Positions 13,361 through 25,711 of a DNA stretch of 64,000 bases are shown here, one piece after another (within the stretch, counting starts at the first letter, position 1; each line of letters starts with the position of its first letter). The translations under genes and the position numbers were made by a program. Source of the stretch: a virus; the IMG/VR virus record IMGVR_UViG_3300045988_119030, positions 21,411 to 85,410 of that record. The stretch is one strand, 5' to 3'. The notes beneath the pieces were generated by a model. It was not told the origin of the DNA. It worked only from the letters and a program-made list of their open reading frames with translations, and ran no database searches.

Positions 13361-16300
13361 TTGGCTGATAACGCACTAAATATTCAAGAAAGTTTATGTC
13401 AAGCAATGAGTATTATTGCTAATTCAAGTGTTGATAAAGTTAAATTTGATAGTACCATTGAATGTACTATTATTGATGCCACTGACAAACTTATTGGTAA
13501 GTATAAGGTTAAAAATGAATCTTATGCTGAATTTTATGCTTATTCCCAAATAACCACTTATAACAAAGGTGATAAAGTGTATGTATAGATCCCAAAAGGA
13601 GACTATAATAGCACTAAATTTATTGTCGGTAAAAAGACAGATAAAAATGAAGATAAACCATATAATTTTGTCAATCCTTTTAATACTTTTATTGATTTAA
13701 CTGGCAACTTTTTTATTGCCAAAGATAATAATAAAGAAGTTTGGAGTATCTTAGCTAATGGCAATGAAGAGGAAATTGAAATTACTCCAAATGGTGGAAT
13801 TACTTTTACTGATGAGCAATAGGGATTTACGCGGTTGGGGCTGCGTGCCGATTTCCGCGCCTGGCTTGAAACGCTCGGTGTAGTAAGTGGTAATTATGGA
13901 TTAAAATTAAATATATATGGTATTAAAGATGATACTGCGGACAATATTAAAAAAATAGAAAATAGTATTAAAAATAATGGAGAAATCCCTTTAATCGCAT
14001 CCATTGATTTAGATACTAATGACATGTATGGCAATCCCTATAATTTTGAAGGATATTATTCTCAAGAAATTGTTATTGATACTAGCGCAGTAGCTAAAAT
14101 ATATAATATAAAAATATTTTTATATCAAAAAGATAATTTTAAAGATAGTAATAATAATTTAATTAGTTATGCCAATGATTTCAATATGTCAATTCCGCCT
14201 AACAATATCTTTGTAAAAGATATATACATGGGACTGGGTATTTCCGCTGATGAGATAGAAAATGAATATGTAAGATTGTATTCATTAGATGGAAGCACTT
14301 ATGTAATTGATGATAAAGGTTAGATTGATTCTAAAACTATTAGATTGAAATGGGTCCATTTTGATGAAGATGGCAATAGAACTCAAATAACTGAACATAA
14401 AAAAGATGATGCTTTTGAAGTTCGTTGGTATAGGTATGAATTTGGAGCACCGTCTGCTGATGAATATTCTGGTGTCTATTGGACTGCGATTGAAGATAAT
14501 AAAAATAATTTTTATTATTAGCTAAAACCGCGCTCTAATAAAAATCAAGAATAGATTAAAGTAATTATCTTATATAATGGAAAAGTTTATAGAAGTAATA
14601 TAATTACTTTTAATAATGAAAAACAAGTTCCTAATGATGCGACTATTGATAGTTTAAATGCTTTGTCTATTCATTGTGAAGATTAGACTAATGGTAATTA
14701 TTTAATTTATAATTAGGCTAATTATTTGATGAATAGATCAGATGGGAAGATTAGCCGTAAATTAACTTTGCATTTTGATTCTAAGACTTATGTTATTAAT
14801 AATGGTATAATTGGTAAAAATTAGGATGGAGAAAGTAAATTAGTTGAAGCTTAGAGAGTAATTTGGCAAATTCCTATTAAAAATACTATGCTTAATTTTG
14901 GCGTTAAAGATGATGGAACTGATGCCACTTACAAAGAAATCATTATTGATTTAACTAATGAAAATGTTAATGTTTCTCCTGGAGAATTTTCTTTAAATTA
15001 TACTATTAATACTTTTTATACTAGTAATAAATCTAATAATACCGTAATTGCTAAAGTAGAAAAAGATGGTATTGTTTATACCGCCATTAAAGATTTCACT
15101 TTTGGATAGGTAGGAACTAATGGTACTGATTGTACTTTGGTAATTGATATGATAGCTCACGAGAATTTAAATAATAAAGTATTTACTGCTATAAAAAGTG
15201 GAGTAAGAGATAATTATACTTTTAGAGCTTAGCTATATGATAATGAAGGTAAAGAAATTACCAATTTTGAAAAATGTAATTGGACTTGGAGTTTTATGGC
15301 TGGATCAATGGTTAATAATGTTGATTTATAGAATACTAATAATTAGAATTGTGTGTTAAGAGTTAATACTACAAACTCTATAATGAGTAATTTAATTATT
15401 TTATAGGTAAAATTATCTGGTTGGGGAGATTATGATTTAACTGCTTACTATCCAGTTCCTATTACAACTTTAGATAATGCTTATATAAATGGTCCAACAG
15501 AGGTAATTTATTTAAGTAATGGTGAACCTACATTTTCTAAAGAACCTTATAAATTATTTATAAATGGTGAAGTAGATGAAATTGCGACTTGGAGTATTTA
15601 TCCCACTGGATCTACCGATAAATTTATTGGGTAGATTAAATATAATGATAAGAAAAAAGAATATAGATTAAGCCCTATGAACTTTTATGTTGATGGGGTA
15701 AGCACTTATGGAGTTCAAGGAAAATAGGGAAGTAATATAATTTGGAGTCAACCTATTTTAGTCATTTAGAATAAATATCCATCAGCGATGGTAAATAAAT
15801 GGGATGGATAGTTAAATATAGATAATGATAATAATTTTATCGGTGTCGCTTAGATTGCCGCTGGTAAAAAAGAAGATAATAATACATTTACTGGTGTTTT
15901 AATGGGATCTTTTGGTGATGATAAATCAGATAGTAGTCTTAGTAAAAATACTGGTATTTATGGTTATTATCAAGGTAAATAGGTTTATGCTTTAAAAGAT
16001 GATGGAACCGCTACATTTGGTAAATCTGGAAATGGTTAGATTGAAATTAAAGGCGATTCTGGAAAAATAAAATCCGCAGGATATGATAGTGGTAATGGTC
16101 TTTTAATTGATTTAAAAGAAAGTAAAATAGATGGTAAAAGTAACAGCTATAGTGCTTTTTTATTAAATAAATCTAGTCCATATTTAACAATTAAAGACCC
16201 TGTTAGTAATACTACTTTAATGAACGTAGGAGATAATAGTTATTATTTAAAGTCTAAAAATTATACTACAGATGGTACCGCTGGAATGCATATAAATTTA

Positions 16301-17059
16301 AATGATGGTTCTATTATAGCAAATACAGGAACATTTAAAGATGCTATTTATATTAATTATGCTGGTAGTACTGGTACTAAATATTGGAAAGCGGGAACTT
16401 ATACTTTAAATTATATATTAAATGAAATAGCTACGGCAGCCTATGATGCTAATTACGCAGTAGGACAATTAGAAGATTTAGTTAGTACATTAAATCGACA
16501 AATAGAACGTATTGATACTAATCAAACTAATTTAGGATATGTTGAAGATGTTTTATCAATCGGTACATTCAATTACAATCCTTATTTACATGCTTATGGA
16601 TGTTCATACCCAAGGGTTTATGTAACTACTACCGATGCTGCGTTATAGTATAATCCTAATATTTATGTTCAATGTGATTCTGATGGAGGGCACGTATTTG
16701 GGGGATTAAGAGTTGATGGAGAAAAAATTACTTCTGATAGACATTTTAAACAAAATATAGATTATCAATTAGTAAAATATAAAGATTTATTTTTTAATTT
16801 AAAACCCGCATCTTTTGAAATGAAGTCATCTCCAGAAAAAACAAAGTTAGGTTTTATTGCTTAGGATGTTCAAGAAGCGTTAGAAGCTAATAATTATAAT
16901 TTAACTTTAACTGAATATGATAAAATATTTGATGGTTTATGTTTAGATTATAATTCATTATTTGTATTGAATACTTATATGCTTTAGGAAGCATATAAAG
17001 AAATATTATTATTAAAATCTTAGATAAAAGATTTAAAGGAGAAAAAGGAAAATGAATGA
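13361..17059 (+). CDS. Tail fiber or spike protein of about 1232 aa with a C-terminal peptidase-S74-like intramolecular chaperone domain. Many in-frame TAG.
   Basis: RBS AGGAGG, TTG start at 13361. A frame-2 reading frame links ORFs 13361, 13835, 14888 and 16220 and ends at TGA 17057-17059. The C-terminus (..SDRHFKQNIDYQLVKYKDLFFNLKPASFEMK..KLGFIAQDVQEALE..) matches the autoproteolytic chaperone motif of endosialidase and tail-spike proteins. Confidence 0.7.
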
Positions 17060-17228
17060 AAGAGATATTAATTTCTTAAAAGTTTTATACAATACTCTTT
17101 CTTTAGTAACAACTAAAGGAGAAGACACTATTCTTATGGGAGAATGTTTAAAACAATTAAGAGATTTTACAAATAGATTAGTAGATCTTCAAGAGGAGAA
17201 GAATAACGAAAATAATTAGGAGGGATAA
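17052..17228 (+). CDS. Small hypothetical protein of 58 aa.
   Basis: ATG overlaps the fiber stop. Ends at TAA 17226-17228, one nt before the next ATG. One TAG near the end. Confidence 0.35.
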
Positions 17229-17229
17229 A

Positions 17230-20109
17230 ATGGTTAATAAATTATATCCACCTATTATATCTGGAACTTTACCAGCATTCGTTGGATAGGAAATTACTAT
17301 TCCATTTCAAATGAATCGTGCAGTTAGTATGGTAGAAGTTTCAGGATTGTGTTATATAATTAAAACAGTGTCAAGCAATGTCGTAATTGCTTAGGGAACA
17401 ACCGCGGATTTTACTCCAAGCAAAGTCCGCGGTTGCTTAGAACAAGGTTCTATTACTTTTAATATAAATCTTAAATCAATTACTAATAATGGAAAACCTA
17501 TTCAATATAAATTAAATCCAGGTTAGTCTTATAAAATTCAATTAGCATATATTAATACTAATGGAATAGTTGGATATTATTCTACAGTTGGTATTGCTAA
17601 ATGCACAACTAAGCCCGCAGTTTATATAAAAGGTTTTGAAGACAATTTAGTAGGAATAAATAAAACAAATTTTATTGGAGTATATAGCCAAAAAGAAAAA
17701 AACGATGATATTACTGAAAAAGTCTATTCGTATAGATTTAAAGTATATGATGAAAATGGTAATATTTTTGCGGATAGCGGAGAGCAATTACATAATTCAA
17801 TTAATGATACAGAATTAAATGAAAGTTATGATAGTTTTGAATTAAATAAAGAATTACAAAAGAATAAAAATTATTTTATTCAATATTCTATAACCACTAT
17901 CAATAACTATGAAGCAGAGAGTATTCGTTATCAAATTATTAATAGAGAAACTATTAACCCAGAATTACAAGCAACTCTTTCTGCGATTATGGATGAAAAT
18001 AATGGATATGTAAAAATTAATTTAAATGGAATCCGCGATAAAAAGACAGGATTAGAAATTCCCGCGACAGGGGCTTTTGCTTTATTAAGAGCCAGTAGCG
18101 AAGATGATTTTAATACTTGGAATACAATATTAAAGTTTAAATTAGTTGGTGAAACTCCTTCAAGAGAATTATATAAAGATTTTACTGTTGAACATGGATT
18201 TAGTTATCAATATGCGGTGTAGCAATATAGCGATGAAACCGCGGTCCGCAGTAATAAAATTTTCTCTAATACGATATATAGTATTTTTGAAGATAGTTTT
18301 TTATACAGCAATGGACAGTTATTAAGAATAAGATTTAATCCAAAAGTAAGTAGTTTTAAAATCAATACTCTTGAAAGTAAAACTGATACTATTGGAAGTC
18401 AATATCCTTATATTTTCAGAAATGGAAATACTTATTATCACGAATTTCCTATAAGTGGTTTAATTTCTCACCTTATGGATGAAGATCATTTGTTTATAGA
18501 TAAATTGGGCGATGATGAAATTAAAGATTTTACATCAACTGATTTGACTAACTATAATATTAATATAGAGCGTCAATTTAAAACTAAGGCTTTAGAATTT
18601 TTAACCGATGGAGAACCTAAATTATTTAAGTCTCCAACCGAAGGAAACTTTATTGTGCGTTTATTAAATGTAAGTTTAAGTCCAGAAGATAAATTAGGTC
18701 GTATGCTTCATACATTTAATGGAACTGCCTATGAAATTGATAAAGTTAGTTTTGATAATCTTACTACTTATGGATTTATTGATGCGGACCCGCCCGAAAG
18801 TGAAATTCTTAAATGGGATAGTATTTCTTTTGATGGATGGTATAAAATTAATGGGTATATTGATGATGTAAATACCTATATTGATAACTTAAAAGATGAA
18901 AATTTAACTTAGGCAGAAATTAATAAATTACAAGCAAATAAACAAACTTGTTTAGATAATTTATTACAAACGTTAAGTTTTTATCCTATGTTTGAATTAC
19001 TATATAATGGAGACCATTATAGTTTATAGACTAAAGATATCTTGGCTAATTCTCCTGCAATAACTATTCGATTTGAAGGTTTTGCGCCTGGAGATAAATT
19101 TAATGTTGATGGAGAAGAAATTGTTATTGGCATTACAGGAGCTTATTTAATAGATCACGTAGCTCCTATCCATAGTGTAAAAATAATTGAATTATCCGAT
19201 GTAGGATTACAACAAGGAACTATTGTATATTCTTATTATGGTAAACAAGCAAGTAAATTTGATACCATTAGTGATATTCAAGTTGCTGATTTACCTTTAG
19301 AACAATATTATGGTACTGAAGGTAATATTTTAAATCTTTATAATGATAATTTCAAATATAAAATCACAAAAATTTATTTCTTACGTTTTACGAAGCGCGA
19401 AGTATAGAAATTATATACCAATAATAGAATTAATTTTTATATAGCTCCTGATAGGGCATTGGAAGAGAATAATTATACCATGGAAATTAAACGTGAAGAT
19501 TTTGATCCAACCTTAATTTATCATGTGTATGTAGTTAAAGAAAATGAAGAAAGAGATTATTATATTGATGGTTATACTAAAAAGGAAATTTATGATTCAG
19601 GTATTTTAGTAGATGAGAAAAATTGGGCCTGTAATATTAGAATAAATGAAGATAATAAATAGATTATTGGTATAGATCATAAAAATGAATATCAAATAAA
19701 AGATTTGACTGATATTACTTCTATTGAAATTGATCCGGGTGTTTTATGCGAATTGTCAGTACAACGTCAAGAAGTGGTTTATTCTTTTGAAAATGATAAC
19801 CAAACTACTTATAGAATTTTTAATGGTTAGACTTATACTACAACAACTATTTATCAATTAAAGCAAAATTGGTTAAGAGCTAAAAAAGCTTTAAAAGATT
19901 TTAAAGAATTAGAACAAGATAAAAGCAATCCTGACTTTTCTAACGATGATCCATTCTATAATGTAAATCAAAGTAATATTTAGGATTGTATAAAAAAATA
20001 CAATAGAAAAGTAGCAGAATTACAAAAGACTATAGACGAAACTTATACTTTATTTATTGATACTTTAAGAAAGGCGGTAGAGGATTATGAAGACTCAAAG
20101 ACAATATGA
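17230..20109 (+). CDS. Large tail or baseplate structural protein, about 959 aa, 10 in-frame TAG.
   Basis: RBS GGAGGG. The frame-1 reading frame links ORFs 17989, 18475, 19042 and 19459 and ends at TGA 20107-20109. It overlaps the next gene by 23 nt. Confidence 0.6.
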
Positions 20110-22393
20110 TACCGACTTTCTTAAAAAGTTAGATGAATTTAAACATAAAGTAGTTTATGCTCGTATTGAGCTATTAACATTTGATGAATTACCAATAGAA
20201 AGTATAGAGGGTAAGATAACTGGCGGATCAATTAATATTGATGGAACATCTGCGGTCCGCCGGTCTTGTTCTCTTACTATGGCCACAAATGAGAAATTAT
20301 ATAAACAATATTCTTGGGGTTTAAATTCTAAATTTAGTTTGGCTATTGGATTGGAAAATAAAATTGATAATAAATATCCAGATATTATTTGGTTTAATCA
20401 AGGCATTTATTTAATTACGTCTTTTAATACTTCTCAAAGTGCTAGCTCATATAATATTTCTATTCAAGGTAAAGATAAGATGTGTCTATTAAATGGAGAC
20501 TTAGGAGGAGATTTACCTGCTTCTGTAGATTTTGGACAAGAAGAAGTAATTACTTATAGCTATAATAAACAAAATAATATAACTAAAGATAATTATATAA
20601 AAGGTAAATATTGTTATATTGTTAGTAGTGAAGAAGAAGCTAAAAAACATAATATTTATTACATTTCTACTTAGAATAAACAAACTACTTATTATGTTTT
20701 AGATGAAGAAGAGTTTAGTAATAAAGAATATTATTTAAGGGAGAGTTATTTGAATTTAATTTCAATTCCTATTTAGACTATTATTAAAAAACTTCTTACA
20801 GTTTATGGTAAAGAAAAAGAAAGTAATATAATTATTAATGATTTAGACCAATATGGTTATGAGTTATTAGCTAATAAATGCGATGAAACTATGTATTTCT
20901 TCAAAGACGCGCAAACGAATAGAATAGTTAATGCTTCAATAGGGACAATGCCTACTTTATTAGATATAAATAATAATAAAATAACTGATATGAGTAGTAT
21001 TAAATTCGATAATTTAGATAGTAATAAATTATTAGATGATGTTCCTGAGCCGACTAAAGTAAGACTGGTAAATAATGGAACTATTTACACTATTATAAGT
21101 CGAACAACTAATGACACAGTTGGTTATCGTATTTGTGATTTAGTCTATGCAGGAGAACTTATTACTAGTGTCGGTGAAAATATAACCAGCGTATTAGATA
21201 AAATTAAAAATATGTTAAGTTGTTTTGAGTATTATTATGATATAGATGGTAGATTTATTTTTTAGCGAAAGAAATTTTATGAATACCAGTCTTGGAATAA
21301 TATAGTAAATAATTCTAATGGAGATAGTTATATTGAGCCTGCGGTTTATTCTTCTTCTTCAATTTATTCTTTTAGAGATGGATAGACGGTTATTTCTTTT
21401 AATAATACTCCATAGATTACTAATCTAAGAAATGATTTTTCTATTTGGGGATAGAGAGAAAGCGCTAGTGGGGTAGAGATCCCTATCCATTTAAGATATG
21501 CAATAGATCAAAAACCCATTCAATATACCACAATTATTGTGAATGATAATGATATAAATAGGTATAAATCTACAATGTATAATAATGATATTTTTGATAC
21601 TATGAATCCGCAATTAGAGCAAAAGACTTATAAAAACAAATGGTATCAAAGTGAAAATGAGCCGGGAGTTATTTATTGTGATTGGCGTGAAGTTTTATAT
21701 CGTATGGCTGTAGATTATTATCAATATAATTATGCAGATGATTTTACTAGTAAAGTGGCAACCGCTAATCCTGATTTTTATCCTTCTGGAATAACTGGTT
21801 ATGAAACTTATTATGTAGATTTATTTTCTTTTTGGAGAGATATCTATGATTATGATAAATTAGATTTCAAAGAAGAAGTAAAAAATAATCCTGAGAATTT
21901 AAATTTTTGGTTTGATTTTATTGGGGAAGAAAATGCGGATATCGCTAAATACTCAGTTCAATTAATCGGAGATAGAACAAAAGCAATTAATGATACTAAT
22001 ATAAAAGTTATATGTTATAGAGATACACCTGATGTATTATTTATGACATAGACAGATTATGATTCTATTATTTAGAATAATTATCCAACAGAAAGTGGGT
22101 ATATTTGGATTAATATTCCTTCTGGATATGATAATTATTTTAAAATTAGTTCTAAAGGTAAGAGCGCAGTTGATGAAATTGAAGATTTACTTTATACAAC
22201 AGCCTATTGTACGGAAAGTGTTTCAATTTCTACTATTCCAGTTTATTATTTAGAACCTAATAATAGAATTTATATTGAAGATAAAAGAAGTGGCGTTGAA
22301 GGAGAATATTTAGTTAATAAAATAACTATTCCATTAACTTATAATGGTTCAATGTCTATTAGTGCCACCAAAGCAATATCAAGAGTATATTAA
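20087..22393 (+). CDS. Tail or baseplate structural protein, about 768 aa.
   Basis: The frame-2 reading frame links ORFs 20087, 20891 and 21539 through TAG codons and ends at TAA 22391-22393. Confidence 0.6.
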
Positions 22394-22406
22394 GGAGGAC
22401 CACTAA

Positions 22407-22751
22407 ATGGCAAGAAAGATAAGACAAATTCGTTATTATGGTGAAGGTCTTAACTCTAAGAATTATCCAAGTGATGTCAATATGAGTAAACTAATTACAG
22501 GAACCGCATTTAAAAATAATAATCAAAATGTGTTGATTACTCAGTTGGGTATTTAGACTTTACCAGGAACGAAATTTTATTTGAATGATAGCGCTAATGC
22601 TATTATTGTTGGAAATACTGGTATTTATGAGTTAGATTTAGAAGGTATTTCTACTATTAATTTGATTAAATTTGATAGAAGTTCTATGAATTTGATTAAT
22701 CAAAATAAAGAAGCATATCTTATTATAGATTATTTATTTGAGGAGGGTTGA
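22407..22751 (+). CDS. Hypothetical small structural-module protein, 114 aa, 1 TAG.
   Basis: RBS AAGGAGG, ATG at 22407, TGA at 22749-22751. Confidence 0.5.
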
Positions 22752-22753
22752 TA

Positions 22754-25027
22754 ATGGGTTTTTATGGCAATATAAGTAATACTTCAAAAACGACCTTCAC
22801 TTTTGATAGAATTTATAATAATAGACTTCAAATGGATAATAATTGCGCTAGCGATGGAGTGTTTTTAGGTCGCTATGTTTTAGTTGAGTATGGCCTTCCA
22901 GCTTCTTAGTATATAATAGGTTATCTTGACAATAATGGAAATATGTATGATGACCCTACTGATAGAAGTGATTCTCACATTATTTTATGTGAAAAGGGCA
23001 AAATGGTAAAGGTTAATAGAAATAGATATTGGTATTTATATACAGGAGATACCAAATCTGATGGGTCTCCGTATTGGAGATATCTTACTAGAATTACTAA
23101 TGACAGAGTTGATGATGAATAGTATAATAAAAATTATCAAATAGATTATCCAGTTTATGGACGAGGATATGACTCTACAGTTTGGATAAAACAATATGTT
23201 AATAACCAAGAAACTTATATTTAGATTGCTGAATTAAATACTGTTGTTCCGAATTTTTCAATTTATCCATTGCTTCCTCAAGACCCATATGTTGCGGTTG
23301 ATAATGCTACTATTGTATATCAACCAGGTAAGTATTATTATTACGATGAAGCTGACAGTCATTATAAATTAGATAATAATGATATTAAAACTGAAGGGCG
23401 CGTTTATTATTTAGAAAGTGAACTTGGACCAGCGATAACCGCAGATCAAAGTAGCACAAATTTACTTTATAAATTAAGAGTTCCTACTAATTTCCAACTT
23501 GATTTAGATGATAATAATATCTATTATAATAAAGAAGGATTTAGTAAGACAAAACGTTCTTATGATGGTATTACAAAAAATAGTATTAATTATAAATTAA
23601 GTTAGTCAGGATATAGATTTTATTATAATGTAGAATAGGATAATGTTGTTGGTGAACCGATTGAAGATGGCTATGACCGCAAATCACTTGTAGTAAAGCT
23701 TCCTGCTCTTGGTAATGCGGTATGTGAAACTTATGATTTACTTTATGGTCAAAATCGCAATGATTCTATTACTAATTTTGATAAAACTAATGTTAAGGGC
23801 GCTTTAAATACCCTTAATAGAAAAATGAATTTAGGAAAATTAGAAACTAATAAACTTATTTATTTTTCTACTGAAACTGATAATGATATCAATGACAATT
23901 ATATGAAATCTGCGACCATTCAAGGAGATAATTTAATTTCAATAGATGCAGATATTGAAAAAAATAAGGGAGCTATTAAGATTACCCATAATAATTTAGA
24001 TGTAAATAAAGCATCAAAAAGTTATGGTAAAGATGTTGATTTTAGTACTTTTGGTTCTTCCGTTACTTTACCTAAATTATTTACTGATAGAGCTGGACAT
24101 GTTGTAAAAGAAGAAACATTTTCAGTTAGTATTCCAAAAGGTTCTTATGAAAATACTAAAGAGGGTAATGTTCTTACTTCTTTAAGTTTTATTGATACTA
24201 CTGGAGCTTTAAGTAGTGAGAAATCTTATTTAGGTACTTTAACATTAGGAACTGAATATATCACTAATGATAAATTAAATACTATCACTAAAGATACAAC
24301 TCTTAATGATAGTATTACTAAATTGATTGAGAATAGCGATAGTAAATATAATACTTTATTAGGTCAAACTAATAATAATTTTGGTAAAGATACTGTCCCA
24401 ACTCTTTATGGTTTAAGACAAGGAATTAATAGTGATAGAACTAGTATTAGTAATTTAAGTAGTAAAATTGATATTTTAAATGGAGTTGTATCTACTACTA
24501 ATTCTGTTGCTTATAGTATTAAATAGGCTATTGATAAATTAGATAAAGCTGATAACAAGGTAGATAAACAATTTGTTACGGCGGTAGAAGAAAAAGATGG
24601 TTTAATAACTGTTTCAAGAAGTGCTTTACAAGAAAGTGATTTGCCTATTACTTTTGATGGAACTTATAGTAATAGTAATAAAGTTGCTACTATGAGTAGT
24701 TTAAATACTTTAAAAGCAAATCTTTTAGGTGATTATACTGGCACATTAGCTGATGTAAATACGTTAGCAAATAGTAAATTAAATGAAGACGCGGTGCGCG
24801 GTCTTACGTATAATGCAACTTCTGGAACTAATGGAGCTAAAACCATAGCAGAAATGTTTAATTTAATTGTAGAATTATAGAATAAAAATATGCAGTTAAA
24901 TACAACTATTAAAGCATTATAGGATAAAGATATTGAATTAAATAATTTAATTGCTGGATTAAGAACTGACGTTGATGCTTTAAAGAATAATTCGAATAAT
25001 ACTGATACTCCATCTGAAACAACTTAA
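22754..25027 (+). CDS. Tail structural protein, about 757 aa, about 9 TAG.
   Basis: ATG lies 2 nt after the upstream stop. Frame 2 links ORFs 23270, 23825 and 24641. TAA at 25025-25027, followed by a terminator. Confidence 0.6.
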
Positions 25028-25034
25028 TTTAAAT

Positions 25035-25067
25035 AAAGGGTTTGGTCTTAATAGGCCAAACCCTTTT
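25035..25067 (+). terminator. Rho-independent terminator.
   Basis: AAAGGGTTTGG..CCAAACCCTTTT hairpin followed by a T run. Confidence 0.7.
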
Positions 25068-25115
25068 AGTATTGATTAAAAAGATTTTATAAATAATAGA
25101 AAGGAGTCGATTATC

Positions 25116-25697
25116 TTGCCTAATACATTAAATAAATATGTAAAATTTGTCAGAGGTTCTAAAACCGCTTTTGAAAATTTAGGGACGAAAAGAGACAATG
25201 ATACTTTATATTTTATTTATGGGGAAAATGATTCTTCTGGAGAACTTTATTTAGGTAGTCGTCTAATTTGCGGTGGAATTAGTTCCGCAGGTAAGTTAAG
25301 CGATTTAAGTGATATTGTTCTTAATGAAGTTAAGACAAATCAAGTTTTAATTTATAATGGAGAATAGAAAAAATGGATTAATTAGGGTTTAGAAAATAAT
25401 GAGACTTTAATTAATTCTATTGTTGAAAAATTATCTACAGAAGAAAATTTAGCTAAATTAGCTCCTGTTTTTAAGGGCATAGTCCCGGGTTTAGTCCCTG
25501 TTTCTCTACATGAAACTAAAGGAAAACATATTCTTACCGACGCTGGCACATGGATTGATATGCCAGTAGGAACATTAACTTAGGGAGATATTGAAACAAT
25601 TAATATAGCTAATAAATATTTAGTAGATAAGAGCCCTGATAATTTGGTAACTCGTGTTGAAGCAGTTGAACAAACTGTTTCTTGGTCTGATATTTAA
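25116..25697 (+). CDS. Fiber-like protein, 193 aa, with the conserved N-terminal fiber motif. 3 TAG.
   Basis: RBS AAAGGAG, TTG start. The N-terminus (KYVKFVRGSKTAFENL..TLYFIYGE) matches the N-terminal motif shared by Gram-positive phage tail-fiber and receptor-binding proteins and by three other genes in this window. Confidence 0.55.
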
Positions 25698-25711
25698 AGG
25701 AGTGAAAAAGA

